Part shown: in pieces, positions 49,449-62,165 of the stretch
Layout: each line of letters opens with the position of its first letter
Position numbering within the stretch: position 1 is the stretch's first letter
Origin: Macrostomum lignano
Taxonomy: Eukaryota
NCBI GenBank assembly: GCA_002269645.1
Contig: NIVC01001067.1
Span: 69,107 to 133,106 of the forward strand
Reading direction: 5' to 3'
Length of the DNA: 64,000 bases
Notes under the pieces: generated by a model
Database searches by the model: none
What the model was told of the DNA's origin: nothing
The model's input: only the letters and a program-made list of their open reading frames with translations
Program-made: the position numbers and the translations under genes

Positions 49449-49526
49449 GGAGACCGTTAGTCGGTACTCCGACGCGATTTCTCGGTCGGTCCAGGGGCAC
49501 GTCGTGGACGTCGTCTCCAAGCCCCC
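49449..49526 (-). ncRNA. HDV-like self-cleaving ribozyme at the exact 5' end of the LINE
   Basis: Manual fold: P1 GGGGGC/GCCCCU (G1-U wobble), P2 GGAGAC/GUCUCC, P3 ACG/CGU, L3 UCCACGA with CC pairing GG (P1.1), P4 CCGAC-CGA GAAA UCG-GUCGG, J4/2 CUAA. G1 is the first base after the TSD. Confidence 0.7.
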
Positions 49527-51118
49527 GTTTTGACAGCTGCTACTGCTGCTGCTTCGAGAGACCGTTCCTGGCTTGAGCTCTGATTCCCTCAGCTAAACTG
49601 CTCAATTCAACTCTCCCATGATGCGCGAATACTGGGAATCCAGTTTTGTAGGCACGCTTGAAACCATAGCGATCCACCACGCTATCACCGAAGTCATCAC
49701 TGCTTCATTAACGATGTCTTAGTTTTTTGGGAATAATTCTGCGGAATTATACATGCATATGCTAGCTAGCTATAGGATATTTGCTAGAGCCAGCTTTTAA
49801 ACTTTCTGCTGGATGCCAGGACGACGCCTTTGGAAGTGTTGTTGGCTGAGCTGTCAAAAAAGATGGTCACTCCTGTTTCCTGATGCAATCGATCGAGTCA
49901 CAAGTTCTGTGCAGCCAGGGTCGACAGAAGGAATTGCGCTCGACAGGGCACAATCGACTTTGGTGGAGTTTCGAGTTTTCTGTCGGTGATAGACTCTTGA
50001 CTCATGATCTACGAAGGAGGGAGGGACAGCAGGTGAGCTGACGGAAGGATCTGGAAAAGACATGTGTGATGGGTTTCGACCTTTCGGCCCCCTTGTGGGG
50101 AAGCCTTCGGCCTCAGGTCTCAGAAATAAATCAATTAGAGTCCTGGCCCCCCACTCCTGTCAGATGGTCAGCCCCATGGTAGCTTGATCTGTGGCGAGCA
50201 GTCTATAGGTCCTATAGCTAAGAGAGGGACAGCGAGAGACAAGCAGGGAGAATTTTGAAGGTAGAGATCAGCTAATCCGCAGATTAACTAACCCGCTGCC
50301 ACCAGCCCGTACGTCCTGGCTCACACCGGGACTCGAAATCGGGCTTTGCACTTACCTGCCAACTAGTGTCTTTTTGCTGTCAATCTCGAAGTCATAGCCG
50401 ATGATAAGGGACACTGCTGGGACTAGATCGCATTTGCCATGCAGGTACAGAGGGGACTTGTGCAGGGGATTCTTGCAGTGGCGAGACTATGGGGTAGCTA
50501 CATGTACTATTACATTGCTAAATACAAAGAATTGTACTTTTGGCCTTCAACGCGCCAACCAGCCTCTCCTAGCGCTGATGATAGGCTAACTCGAACCTCA
50601 GAGACTGCATGATTCATCACCCGAGCCGCTTGGCTAACCTAGACTGCACAGAGTACATCTCTGGAGCCGATTCTGTACTATTGGCAATTTCGCTAACTGA
50701 TTTGATAGATTGATCGACTGAGAACTGCCTTGCCATGCTGCCTTGCCTTGCCACTGTGACTGGCGCCTACTAGCTTAGCTACTCATCTGAGCCATCGGCG
50801 AACAAAGAAATAAAACCGATAAAAATAACTGTCAGACTTAACCTTCTTCTTAGATCACTTCACACTTCAGATTGAATTGGAGTTTTAGACTACTAGCAGT
50901 ATTATTGAATGATTTCTGCCTCAGTAACAGCACTGCTGAACAAATGAGCAAAAGTGTGCGCCTAATCCAGCTACTGAAACAGGGGACAGATAGGGATTCA
51001 CCCAATCAAGTAAGTCTAGGCAGCCTCTCACCCAACCAATCAGAAACTCAACAGCCGGAGACCAGGTAATCCGCAGTGACCAAATCGGCTTAGTGCTTCG
51101 CAGCTGTAGACCCGGGCT

Positions 51119-51308
51119 CAGTGGCGCAACCAGGGGGGGCGGGGGGGGGGCGGTCGCCCCCCCCCTTAGGCGGGGACCGAAAAAAAATCAAAGGGGGGAC
51201 CAAGCGAATTTTCGCCAAAAACAGAGCCACCCCTCCGCCGCCCCCCCCTCCCGGGACTTTACCCTCAGAATCCGCCCCCCCCTTGAAAAATTTCTGGTTG
51301 CGCTACTG
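51119..51308. mobile_element. 190-bp hAT-type MITE
   Basis: TIRs CAGTGGCGCAACCAG / CTGGTTGCGCTACTG (one mismatch). 8-bp TSD CCCGGGCT at 51111-51118 and 51309-51316. Confidence 0.88.
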
Positions 51309-52473
51309 CCCGGGCTGGTGCTGATGTCACGGTGTTCGCAGATAGCTAGCAGGGGATGCACTTAACTTTGATGTTCGCTGCTGATGACCGGGGGGACTCG
51401 TCCTTGATGATGATGGGGGAGGTCGCAATCCGGAGATCAAGAAACGACGGTCGCGCTCCGGGACGTCTCAATCTAGGCTAAGGTCCCAGGAGAAGTTGAT
51501 CCAAGCGGGCCAAAAACACCGGTTTAAATAGCCGCCAACTGGACCGCAGTTTGTTATAATGGAACACGTCGATTCTGATTGGCTGAGCCGATTTGTTAAA
51601 ATGAGCGCCGAATTTTCTGATTGGTTAAGCTGGTTGCTACCCAGAATCACGTGACCGGGAGATCCTATCAGTTCCCACAGGGTCGTAAAAAGATGATAGG
51701 TGCGGCCATAAATCAATCAAAATCGCAACAAAATGATTTATGACTTTTCGCGTAGGATTGACAGAAATTAATGAAAAAATATACATTAGAAAGCTCTTTT
51801 TAAATAGAAAGCGAAGATAATGAAGAGAAATCACTAATCGCTAATCCCAAGGTACTCTCAGGGGTAAAACGCATAGCTGTCAAAGCTGTCACACGCTTGA
51901 GTGAAACCGAACAATAGGCTCTGACCTCATAAATCTTGATGGCCTGTCAAAATGATGAGAAAAAAGCTACCGCCCGCATCCTCTCAGACCATCTGGCGCC
52001 CGCCTCAACACTGAGTGAGGCGCTGGTGGCTGTCAGACCAGCTGCGAAAGCGATGATTTATGACCCAAAAAGCTGCGCCTATGTTATTATGACTACTAGT
52101 ATGACCAGACATTATATCTAGTATAGATTCTATGAAAATTCGCAGAAAAAGGATAAAAATGCCCATTGCCCACTGTTAGTAGGCTAGTAAGTTTAGAGCC
52201 CATGTGCTAGCGCGGGATTTGGAAAAAAGTGCGTCCTCATCATGTGAATGAACTAAAAATAACTGGACAGAGAATGCAGGAGACAAAGCAAACCCAAATT
52301 CCTCTGGGAAACTGATAACCGCAAAACTGGAGGACGGACTAGTAGACTGGAGGACCGGGCTCCTGCGATGGAAACATCTCAGCCGGAGCAACCTTGGGTC
52401 CCATACGTTTCATTCAGGGGGGAAGGGAGGAGTGTGACGTCTGCACTTTTAGGTGTCTATGGCCTAACCCAGG

Positions 52474-52822
52474 ACACAGACCTACACAGACCTACACAGA
52501 CCTACACAGACCTACACAGACCTACACAGACCTACACAGACCTACACAGACCTACACAGACCTACACAGACCTACACAGACCTACACAGACCTACACAGA
52601 CCTACACAGACCTACACAGACCTACACAGACCTACACAGACCTACACAGACCTACACAGACCTACACAGACCTATACAGACCTACACAGACCTACACAGA
52701 CCTACACAGACCTACACAGACCTACACAGACCTACACAGACCTACACAGACCTACACAGACCTACACAGACCTACACAGACCTACACAGACCTACACAGA
52801 CCTACACAGACCTACACAGACC
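52474..52822. repeat. Near-perfect 10-bp tandem repeat (gacctacaca)n
   Basis: About 35 units. Confidence 0.95.
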
Positions 52823-53169
52823 TTGACGCTTTGACTAAGAGGCGTCCCCCGCCCCTCTTACTTCCACAGTGCGAGAGCTTTAGAGTACCTGCTAAGCTAA
52901 GTCGAGTCCTTCTGCTATAAATGTTGAGGACAGACAGATTCTCGTGGGAAGTTGAATCCAACAAGCCATCAATGCAGCTTAGCAGTATAGTTGCGTTCCT
53001 CTAAAAACTAAACAAACTAGAGGTCCTGAATGACAGGAGCTTAACATTTGCACCCCTTGAAAATGGTATCCACCGGCCTTGGAGGCAGGTCTAGTCTAGG
53101 GGCGCTTACAAAAATTATCAAGGGTGCCCACGTCCAAGAGACAGGGGCTCCCACCAAGAGTCAGGGGCG

Positions 53170-54065
53170 CCCACCAAGAGACAGGGGCGCTTATACAAGA
53201 CAAGGGCGCTTATACAAAAAGACAGGGGCGCTTACAAAAAGACAAGGGCGCTTATACAAAAAGACAGGGGCACTTACAAAAAGACAAGGGCGCTTATACA
53301 AAAAGACAGGGGCACTTACAAAAAGACAGGGGCGCTTACAAAAAGACAGGGGCGCTTACAAAAAGACAAGGGCGCTTATACAAAAAGACAGGGGCGCTTA
53401 CAAAAAGACAGGGGCGCTTACAAAAAGACAAGGGCGCTTACAAAAAGACAGGGGCGCTTACAAAAAGACAGGGGCGCTTACAAAAAGACAAGGGCGCTTA
53501 CAAAAAGACAGGGGCGCTTACAAAAAGACAGGGGCGCTTACAAAAAGACAAGGGCGCTTATACAAAAAGACAGGGGCACTTACAAAAAGACAAGGGCGCT
53601 TATACAAAAAGACAGGGGCACTTACAAAAAGACAAGGGCGCTTATACAAAAAGACAGGGGCGCTTACAAAAAGACAGGGGCGCTTACAAAAAGACAGGGG
53701 CGCTTACAAAAAAACAAGGGCGCTTATACAAAAAGACAGGGGCGCTTACAAAAAGACAAGGGCGCTTATACAAAAAGACAGGGGCGCTTACAAAAAGGCA
53801 GGGGCGCTTACAAAAAGGCAGGGGCGCTTACAAAAAGACAGGGGCAACTTACAAAAAGACAGGGGCGCTTACAAAAAGACAGGGGCGCTTACAAAAAGAC
53901 AGAGGCGCTTACAAAAAGACAGGGGCGCTTACAAAAAGACAGGGGCGCTTACAAAAAGACAGGGGCGCTTACAAAAAGACAGGGGCGCTTACAAAAAGAC
54001 AGGGGCGCTTACAAAAAGACAGGGGCGCTTACAAAAAGACAGGGGCGCTTACAAAAAGACAGGGG
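53170..54065. repeat. 20/22-bp tandem array acaaaaagacaggggcgctt(at)
   Basis: Visible periodicity; the flanks carry ggggcgc/ggcgccc motifs reminiscent of hAT MITE subterminal repeats. Confidence 0.9.
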
Positions 54066-54366
54066 TGCCCACCAAATATTGGCGCCCTTTAGGGTTGCGG
54101 CCTCTTCAATTAACATTAACACTGTCTCTCTCTCAAACCACATCCGCAACTATACATTGCCACTGGTTTAACTGATAGCGCATCTTCAGCTACAGCCATC
54201 AACCATCAGCGATTGGTTTTAAAAACGTGCGCCCAATGAGCGCAGACGCAAATTTGAATAAAAACGTTTTTAAATAAAAAGCACTTTGAATAGATCAGTT
54301 TTAAGGCCGACTCCTAAACTCTAAAGACAGAATCAAGCAGTTGTTTCTGAACTCAAACAGCACGCG

Positions 54367-55070
54367 ATGAACTGCCAAAATTTTGAGCACATTCTACCGC
54401 TGCTCCTGCTGCTGCTGACTGCCAGTCCACCAGTGGCTGGCTTCGTCTTCAAAATTGTGAGATCCGAGAGCTCCGCGATGTCTGCCAGCATGAAGTTTGT
54501 AACTGGCAGCGGCACCGTAAACTGCTCGCGGTAGAGTGTGCTCAGACAGCCGACTGCAGTGAGTTCTCCTTGCTGCTGCATGGCCTGTGCCAGCTGTTCA
54601 ACTTGAGCGCCTTCTCTGGCACCTGGTTGAGCTCGCCACCCTGCGAGGTGTTCAAGCTGATGGAAGACCCGGCAGTTGCCACCAGTAAGGAGCGCAACGT
54701 CGCTTGCTTGTACTAGTTTAATTTATTCTGGTTTAACCTAACCTAAATAGTATAGTATAGAGTATAGAGTATACTTTAACCTAACCTAACCTAACCTAAC
54801 CTAACCTAACCTAACCTAAAGTTTAACCTTCTGGTAGCTTTCGTGGCCTAGCTACCTTGATCACCATCTACAACCGGTATTTTTGGCCTGAATTGCTCAA
54901 CAAGTTCAACCTGCTGGTTGATGGCATTGAGTGCAACCGAGTGGACCGCACAGAGAGTCGTTCTGGCCATCGCCAACTTTACCTGCAACGCTTTCGGCAG
55001 CGCTGTTCGAGTCGTCAACCAGATGACCGACCATCTTATGCTCTGCGAAGTTGAGATCTATGGTTACTGA
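54367..55070 (+). pseudogene. Broken secreted PAN/apple-like + F-type lectin (fucolectin/FTP) gene
   Basis: Signal-peptide-like [25 protein letters not shown], then a frameshift into AVECAQTADCSEF...LCQL. The second segment ITIYNR...LLNKFNLLVDGIEC frameshifts into FTCNAFGSAVRVVNQMTDHLMLCEVEIYGY*, the FTP C-terminal LCEVE.YG signature. The N-half of the lectin domain is absent, and the intron contains (CCTAA)n. Confidence 0.6.
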
Positions 55071-56083
55071 GGCGTGAGAAAAATACTTTGTTTAGCAAGG
55101 TCCTTCTACTAGTATATGTACTCAAGGAAAAACATTTTATTTCTCAAAAACGTCCCAAAATTCAGTTTTATTAATTGCAAAAAGTCAGTACCAAAAAGGA
55201 AGTTTATTATTTTTCTGAAGAAAAAAAATGAAAAATTTAGATGAAATCTCAGCTTGTTTTGTTATTTTACTTCATTTTAATTGGCCCAAAAATGAAGCTA
55301 TATAAGACTTTTTTACTCTGAATTTTATTTGATTTTATGAGCGTTTATAGATAGATTAGCTGTCAAATATAAAACAAAATATTTGCAATAAAAGCTCTAG
55401 AAGGTACGATTTCCTATCTTTAAAGTTGTATTAGTAAGATATATTATTTTTTTTAAACGAAACGAAATCCTTTGCGTATTTTTATAACTTATAATTTATA
55501 ATATGACAATATCGATGGGTTGTTAATGGCAACAAACTGCAATTCAAGAGAACAATTTTGAAAACTAACATTTCTTAGAAAAAAATTAGAAGGCAGGTTT
55601 TACCAAAAAAATAAATTACGGAGAATGTAGGTTTTCATTTTTTAGTCCAAAGGATAAAGACCCAAAGGCCTATCAACAGTTATTGCCAAGTTTGTACTAC
55701 ATAAAAAAGAAAACCGCATTTTTTCGATAAACATTTTCAAGAAACGTATAGCTTCTAATCCTTCTACTTGAAGTAGGCCTTGCCAACACGTGTATCTATA
55801 AGCTGGTTAAGGTGCATTCATAAAATAATTGCGATTAGCTATAAATCACAGCGATAAGAAGCAAAGTCAATGCTTGCTGGTAGTCATAGCAACTAAACTA
55901 AAAACATATAAGAGTATAGCTAGCATATCTCTGCATGCCAATCAATTGAAGTTGTGGAATTTAAACACGCGGCGCTGCAAGCTTTCAAAAGAGGACAATC
56001 ACCACCGAAAGACAGATCAATGTTCGCGCGAATGAATAGAAATTCAAAGTGGAATTTAAAAATTCTGATCAAGTTGGAAGCCA

Positions 56084-59000
56084 TCACGGCTCCTCAGCAG
56101 CAGCCGAGAATCTGGTGAGGGAGTTCGCCATCCTGCGTCTTGGCTGCCCGTTCTCAGCGACCAGCTTCAGGCCGGGTACTGAGAACACCGAATCAGCTGA
56201 GGGCAGTGGGCGGGGGTTGGTCTGCGTGTGCTTTTTGAAACTGCCGATTGTTGCCTAAACACCAGCTCGATAAATTCGCCCATTAACTAATAGCGTCACT
56301 CATTAAGCTATAGACTCACTCATCGAATTACTCATAAACTCACTCATCGAATTACTCATAAACTCACTCATGAATCACTCATGAACTCACTCATGAATCA
56401 CTCATAAACTCACTCATGAATCACTCATAAACTCACTCATGAATTACTCATGAACTCACTCATGAATCACTCATAAATTCACTCATGAATCACTCATGAA
56501 CTCACTCATGAATCACTCATAAACTCACTCATGAAGTCACTCATAAACTCACTCATGAACTACTCATAAACTCACTCATGAACTACTCATAAACTCACTC
56601 ATAAACTCACTTATGAATCACTCATAAACTCACTCATGAATCACTCATGAACTCACTCATGAATCACTCATAAACTCACTCATGAATCACTCATAAACTC
56701 ACTCATGAATTACTCATGAACTCACTCATGAATCACTCATAAATTCACTCATGAATCACTCATGAACTCACTCCTGAATCACTCATAAACTCACTCATGA
56801 AGTCACTCATAAACTCACTCATAGAGTCACTCATGAGATCATTCGGAACTCTACTACTGAACTCAGTCACAACTATCTCACTCTCGCACACCCCATTCCC
56901 TCACTGGGCTGCAGCCGGTGCAGGCAGTCCGGCAGGCAGTCAAAGTACGGATGCCGCAGCGCCTCAGCGGCGGTGCAGCGCAGCTCCGGCCGGAGCTGCA
57001 GGCAGGCGCGGGCCAGCGAGTCGGCGTGGGCGATGGACAGCAGGCGTGGCACCATGCGGTGCAGGCGGCCGCCAGTGGACCCGATCGGTGCCACCCGACG
57101 CTGAGGCGACAGCAGCAGCTGCTGCTTGAGTTCTTGCCGTTGCTGCTGCTGCTGCTGTTGTTGCTGTTGCTGCTCCTCAGTTGGCTGAGCCGGTTTCAGT
57201 CGAGCCCATCCGGGCAGTGACGTCACTTCCGGCCAGACTTTCTCTGTGGGCTGGCCGGTCACCTGCATGACGCGATTTGGCTTGGCTTAGCATAGTATGA
57301 GTGGGTGAGTCGCTTTTGCAGCTGTTAGTGGTCAAGTAGATAAAGTAGGTCGATAGATGAGTTAATGTACTGTCAAGTATAAAGTAAGTAGATAAGGTAG
57401 CTACAGTAGATAGGGTAGCTACGGTAGATAGGGTAGCTTCAGTAGATAAGGAAGCTTCAGTGGATAGGGTGGCTCTAGTAGATAAGGCAGCTTCAGTAGT
57501 AAATGTAACTTTAGTGGATAGGGTAGCTAAAGTAGATAGGGTAGCTTCAGTAGATAAGGAAGCTTCAGTGGATAGGGTAGCTCTAGTAGATAAGGCAGCT
57601 TCAGTAGTAAATGTAACTTTAGTGGATAGGGTAGCTAAAGTAGATAGGGTAGATACAGTAGATAGGGTAGCTCTAGTAGATAAGGTAGCTACAGTAGTAA
57701 ATGTAACTTCAGTGGATAGGGTAGCTACAGTAGATAGGGTAGCTTCAGTAGATAGGGTAGCTTCAGTAGATAGGGTAGCTACAGTAGATAGGGTAGCTAC
57801 AGTAGATAGGGTTGCTTCAGTAGATAAGGTAGCTACAGTAGATAGGGTAGCTTCAGTAGATAGGGTAGCTTCAGTAGATAGGGTAGCTACAGTAGATAGG
57901 GTAGCTACAGTAGATAGGGTAGCTACAGTAGATAGGGTAGCTTCAATAGATAGGGTAGCTACAGTAGATAGGGTAGCTACAGTAGATAGGGTAGCTTTAG
58001 TAGATAGGGTAGCTACAGTAGATAGGGTAGCTACAGTAGATAGGGTAGCTACAGTAGATAGGGTAGCTTCAGTAGATAGGGTAGCTACAGTAGATAGGGT
58101 AGCTTCAGTATATAGGGTAGCTTCAGTAGATAGGGTAGCTACAGTAGATAGGGTAGCTTCAGTAGATAGGGTAGCTACAGCTACAGTAGATAGGGTAGCT
58201 TCAGTAGATAGGGTAGCTTTAGTAGATAGGGTAGCTACAGTAGATAGGGTAGCTACAGTAGATAGGGTAGCTTCAGTAGATAGGGTAGCTACAGTAGATA
58301 GGGTAGCTACAGTAGATAGGGTAGCTACAGTAGATAGGGTAGCTACAGTAGATAGGGTAGCTTCAGTAGATAGGGTAGCTTCAGTAGATAGGGTAGCTAC
58401 AGTAGATAGGGTAGCTACAGTAAATAGGGTAGCTTCAGTAGATAGGGTAGCTACAGTAGATAGGGTAGATAGGGTATAAGAGTAGCCACAGTATATAGGA
58501 TAGCTTCAGTAGACAAGGTAGCTACAGTAGATAGGGTAGATAGGGTATAAGAGTAGCCACAGTATATAGGATAGCTTCAGTAGACAAGGTAGCTACAGTA
58601 GAAAATGTACCGTCAGTAGATAGGGTAGAGATAGTAGGTAAAGTAGCTACTACAGTCAATGAGGTGGCTACGGTAGATAAAATAGCTGTAGCCAACGCAG
58701 ACAAGCTCATGTGTACCTAAAATATTTAGATAAAGTAGCTACAGAAGATAAAGAGCCAAAGTGCACCAGGTAGCCAAAGTAGACAGGCTTAGCTCTACCT
58801 TGAAGATTTTCTTCAGCTGATCCTCCGCAGTCCTGGCTCCCGGAAACAGTGGCGACCCGCTCAGCATCTCGGCGTGGATGCAGCCGACTGCCCACAGATC
58901 CAGGGAGCCGGCATAGGTGGTGCTGCCTAGCAACACCTCCGGCGGCCGGTACCACAGGGTGACAATCTCGGAGCTGTAGGATCTGCTGGGAACTGTTTGA

Positions 59001-61837
59001 GCTCGGGCCAGACCGAAATCGGCCAATTTCAATTCGCCAATAGCTGAGATTAACAAATTTTGCGGCTTTAAATCGCGGTGCAAAATGCGACGTTTATGAC
59101 AGAAGTCCAGACCGCGGAGCAGTTGGAATAGGAACAGCTGAAAGGGGTATACACAAACTGTGCTCAACTTGATTAGCTGACACTATACTCAAGCTCGATT
59201 ACCTGACAATAGTAACACTCGATTACTCTTACTGTGATCAAAGCTGATTTACCAGCATGTTAGCTTAAACATCTACCTATAATTCATCTCACCTTCGCAT
59301 TGTGAGACCTTAATCCTGTCGGATGCTGTTCCATGTACTTGGACAAATCCATGGGCTAAAAAAGATTAGGATAAGCGCAGTAGATACTCGTTTATTAAGC
59401 TTTTATAATTAAACACGGATAGCTATAACTCAATGCTCACCACAAATTCGAACACAAAAGTTAAATTTGTACTGGTGTGAACAATGTCGTGTAGGGTGAC
59501 AATGTTGGCGTGCTTGAGGCCTTTCAGCAAAGAGGCTGCAATGAGATTAAAATACTTGAACATTACACCAGGATATGCTATAATACTACACCCAGGTGTG
59601 CTAGAATACTACACCTGGATGTACTAGAATACGTACCACTCGAGAAGTTACCCAGACCATCACACCAGAGTTGGGCTTTTCTGATGACAGAATTCTTAAA
59701 GGACACGGCTAAATGTTCTTTTAGCTCGTATTTAATTAACCCTCCAGATTTTGTTTTACATTGTCAAAGGTTCTTAGCTACTCAGCCAACCAGTAATTAC
59801 TACTTTAAACACTACAAACTTGAAGCAACGGAGCTACACAAATGCCATAAAGTCACCTTCTCGTATGGCAGTAAACGGGGTACCCTCGTCGTGCTGCAGC
59901 CTGATATCTTTGAGAGCCACGACCGAATTTGTGACGCTGAAATTACAGTAGGAAGTTAATCAAATTGCTTATCTCATCGTTATACGATTAAATGAATCGT
60001 AATTAAATTTTTAGTAGTTAGGGCGTAAAATTAACCACCGGAATGAAGCCCGAAGTCCAAAACACCTCTGCCAAATCAGGGAGCAGAGCAACTCAACGGT
60101 AAACGCGTCTGACTATTGCGCCACGACCCAGGTGGTTCAATTATTCCGTGCGCGGCTGCATCCATTTGGGACTTTGATAATGCAAAACCAAATAACAGCA
60201 AATACTGTATGGTGGCTTCGACTTAAACCCTTCGACTTAAAATACGATGAAACGCGCACAATTAATGCAAAGTTGCCGATTTTCCTATCGATCTAATGCA
60301 ACTGTGGCTACACAGATTAGTCTTGTCCCAAGTTTGTCAACCGTAAAATCCCATTTGATGCAATGCAATAAAAAGAACAGATTGTACTGTAGATTTTATC
60401 CAGCTTTAAAAAACTCGTTGACCAAACCTTCGATCAAACATGCACTAGATTTATATCCATACTGGAAGTCCTAGGTGAGATTGTTGAGATTCCACGGCCT
60501 ATAGGGGTATTGTTGAGGTGTCAAGGGTCAATTGGAAGCTGTTGGCAGGCCAAGCCAGAGGGTTAAGCCATGACTTAAAGGGAGGTTTTGATGCTAAAGC
60601 CCAAAGGGGGTGCTGATTGTAGTTTATATCGTTTATGTAGCAGATTGCTAGTCTTGTGCTAAAAACTAACAACTTCAATTATGGTTTTTATAGAACGCGA
60701 GCTTTACGTCCTGATGCCACGGTTATTTTCTAGTGGTACTTGGATACTTCTGGCTTCATTCCGGTGTCCTAAGCTGACATTTCATTTGGCTTTATTCAGA
60801 GTCTCAGCGGCTCACAGTGAGACGCCCTTGTACACAGTGGCGTAACTGCCTTCGCCCATGGCCTCAAGCCACTGATACGAATTCGAACGGCCAAACGCAG
60901 CCAAAGGTTGGCACCGGCGATTGCTTTTGGTCTTGTCCGAATTAGCAGCGGCATCGACGGTTGGTGTCCTTGATGCTGCCGACGTCAAAGCCGCAGCACC
61001 GCTAGAAGAGATCGCGCCAGTTGAACCAACCACAATGGTGCTGACCGACTGGTGACGGCGAATCTGCAGGGCGCTGCTGCGTCTGGCAAAGTCTGGCGGT
61101 GTGTTTTAAAACGTTGAATGAATCAGTTGATATTCTGAATGCCATATTTCAGCGAATATGTCATTATTTCTACTCGCAAGTAAGTAGTATATTGCTCTTA
61201 TCAGTCGAGTTGATAATTAAGCCGATCAAGTGGAAAATCCCCATTTAATTCCACAGAACTGCACTCGGCCATAGACAATCGAGCGAATCAAGCTGATAAA
61301 AAGTCTGGACGCAGCGCAAAAACCTCGGGGTTAAGACCATAGACTGTAGCTTCTGCTACTCTCAAGCATTAACAACAGCTCTAGTGTCTGTGGCCATAAC
61401 CCCGGAGTTTTCGAGGCCTTAGAGACGGCCGCTAAATACCTTAGAGAATGCTGGAGTGACATATCTAGGTAATGTAGACTCTGTGGTGGAAACGATAAAC
61501 AATGGCTGAAATTTCAGGGCATTCCAAAAAACATGGAAGTTCTTGATTTTCATTAGTGAAGTTTTTTATACTTTTAAACCGAGTTTCACTTTAAACTTTT
61601 AAACCAAAAAGAAAAAAAAACTCTTTAACTCACATTGAAAAAACTTTTGTCTTTGTCGACTGGAGGCCGTGTCCTGAACCTGACCGGTGTCGCCAGGTGA
61701 GCAGTCTTTGTGAGGAGTTGCGCTGGTGACTCTCTGAGTTGGCTGCGCCTGACCATCTGACAGACAGGCGGCGAACAGACTCTGTTTGGTTGGATGCGAA
61801 GGTTCAGATTGATGTTGGAGACTGCAGTCAACGGCAA
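56084..61837 (-). CDS. CDK14: PFTAIRE-type cyclin-dependent kinase (CDK14/15, Eip63E-like); exons include ~61837-61635, ~61080-60816, 59936-59857, 59535-59441, 59355-59293, 59137-58799, 57262-56882, 56221-56084
   Basis: [90 protein letters not shown], and C-terminal [10 protein letters not shown]. The 5' exons are tentative and the gene may extend further. Confidence 0.9.
56315..56835. repeat. Intronic array of alternating 11/12-bp subunits (tcactcatgaa / tcactcataaac), 23-bp dimer
   Basis: Visible periodicity in the last CDK intron. Confidence 0.85.
57330..58740. repeat. Intronic 18-bp tandem array agtagatagggtagct(ac/tc), degenerate at both ends
   Basis: Source of the DRVATV ORF. Confidence 0.9.
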
Positions 61838-62094
61838 CTATTAGAGAATATTGAGGTTTTAACTAAGTTGTCCATTATAGAACCTGTCAATTTTACGCCC
61901 TGATACAACGCTCATGTTCGAGTGAAAGTTCTAGAGTCCAACCCAAAGTGAACCGTTATAGAAGCTGTTCGGAGCGTTTGAAAGACTAATTAAGCCCTCT
62001 TAAATATTAGGAATAATAATAATATTATGAATAATATTATTATTGATTACACCTGCCCCAATTGGGCAGATGTGCAACCGACAGCTCAGCCCCA

Positions 62095-62165
62095 GCTATT
62101 GCGAGGCTTCAACTACCCCAGCTAATACTGGCACCCATTTTACAGCTGGGTGAACTAAAGCAATA
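62095..62165 (+). mobile_element. Possible SINE conserved-core fragment (ctggcacccattttacagctgggtgaact..agcaa)
   Basis: Resembles, from memory, the GGTACCCATTT..ACAGCTGGGTG core of invertebrate Nin/Meta-type SINEs. No head or tail was identified. Confidence 0.3.

Larger units (their letters stand above)
44991..49526 (-). mobile_element. Full-length single-ORF non-LTR retrotransposon of the I group (Ingi-like): APE endonuclease, RT, RNase H, CCHC knuckle; now disabled
   Basis: 12-bp TSD GTTTTGACAGCT at 44979-44990 and 49527-49538, with a (GAA/A)-rich 3' tail. APE motifs: LQFNANGL, NIYAPP, GDFNGH, SPDLT, SDHLPI. RT motifs: YRPVALTS, QAGFR, GLPQGSVLAP, LYADD. RNase H motifs: TDGS, SDSKSAL, WVPAHCDVPGNEQAD. 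Knuckle: CPDC...H...C. Lesions: compensating frameshifts at the QET motif, a 1-nt shift near 46390, and a MITE in RNase H. There is no ORF1. Confidence 0.92.

Noticed and set aside
46243-49533. Many + strand ORFs overlapping the LINE
   Set aside because: They are antisense shadows of a GC-rich coding sequence with no independent motifs.
50055-50130. Hammerhead-like string on the minus strand (CTGA GACC...GGTC GAAAC...GTC)
   Set aside because: The core lacks NGA of CUGANGA and no stem I pairing could be formed. At most a dead remnant.
50150-51060. Possible solo LTR (AATAAA, TG start)
   Set aside because: No second copy, TSD, PBS or PPT could be matched.
59510-59959. 149-aa + strand ORF
   Set aside because: It is antisense to CDK14 exons and introns, with no domain signature.
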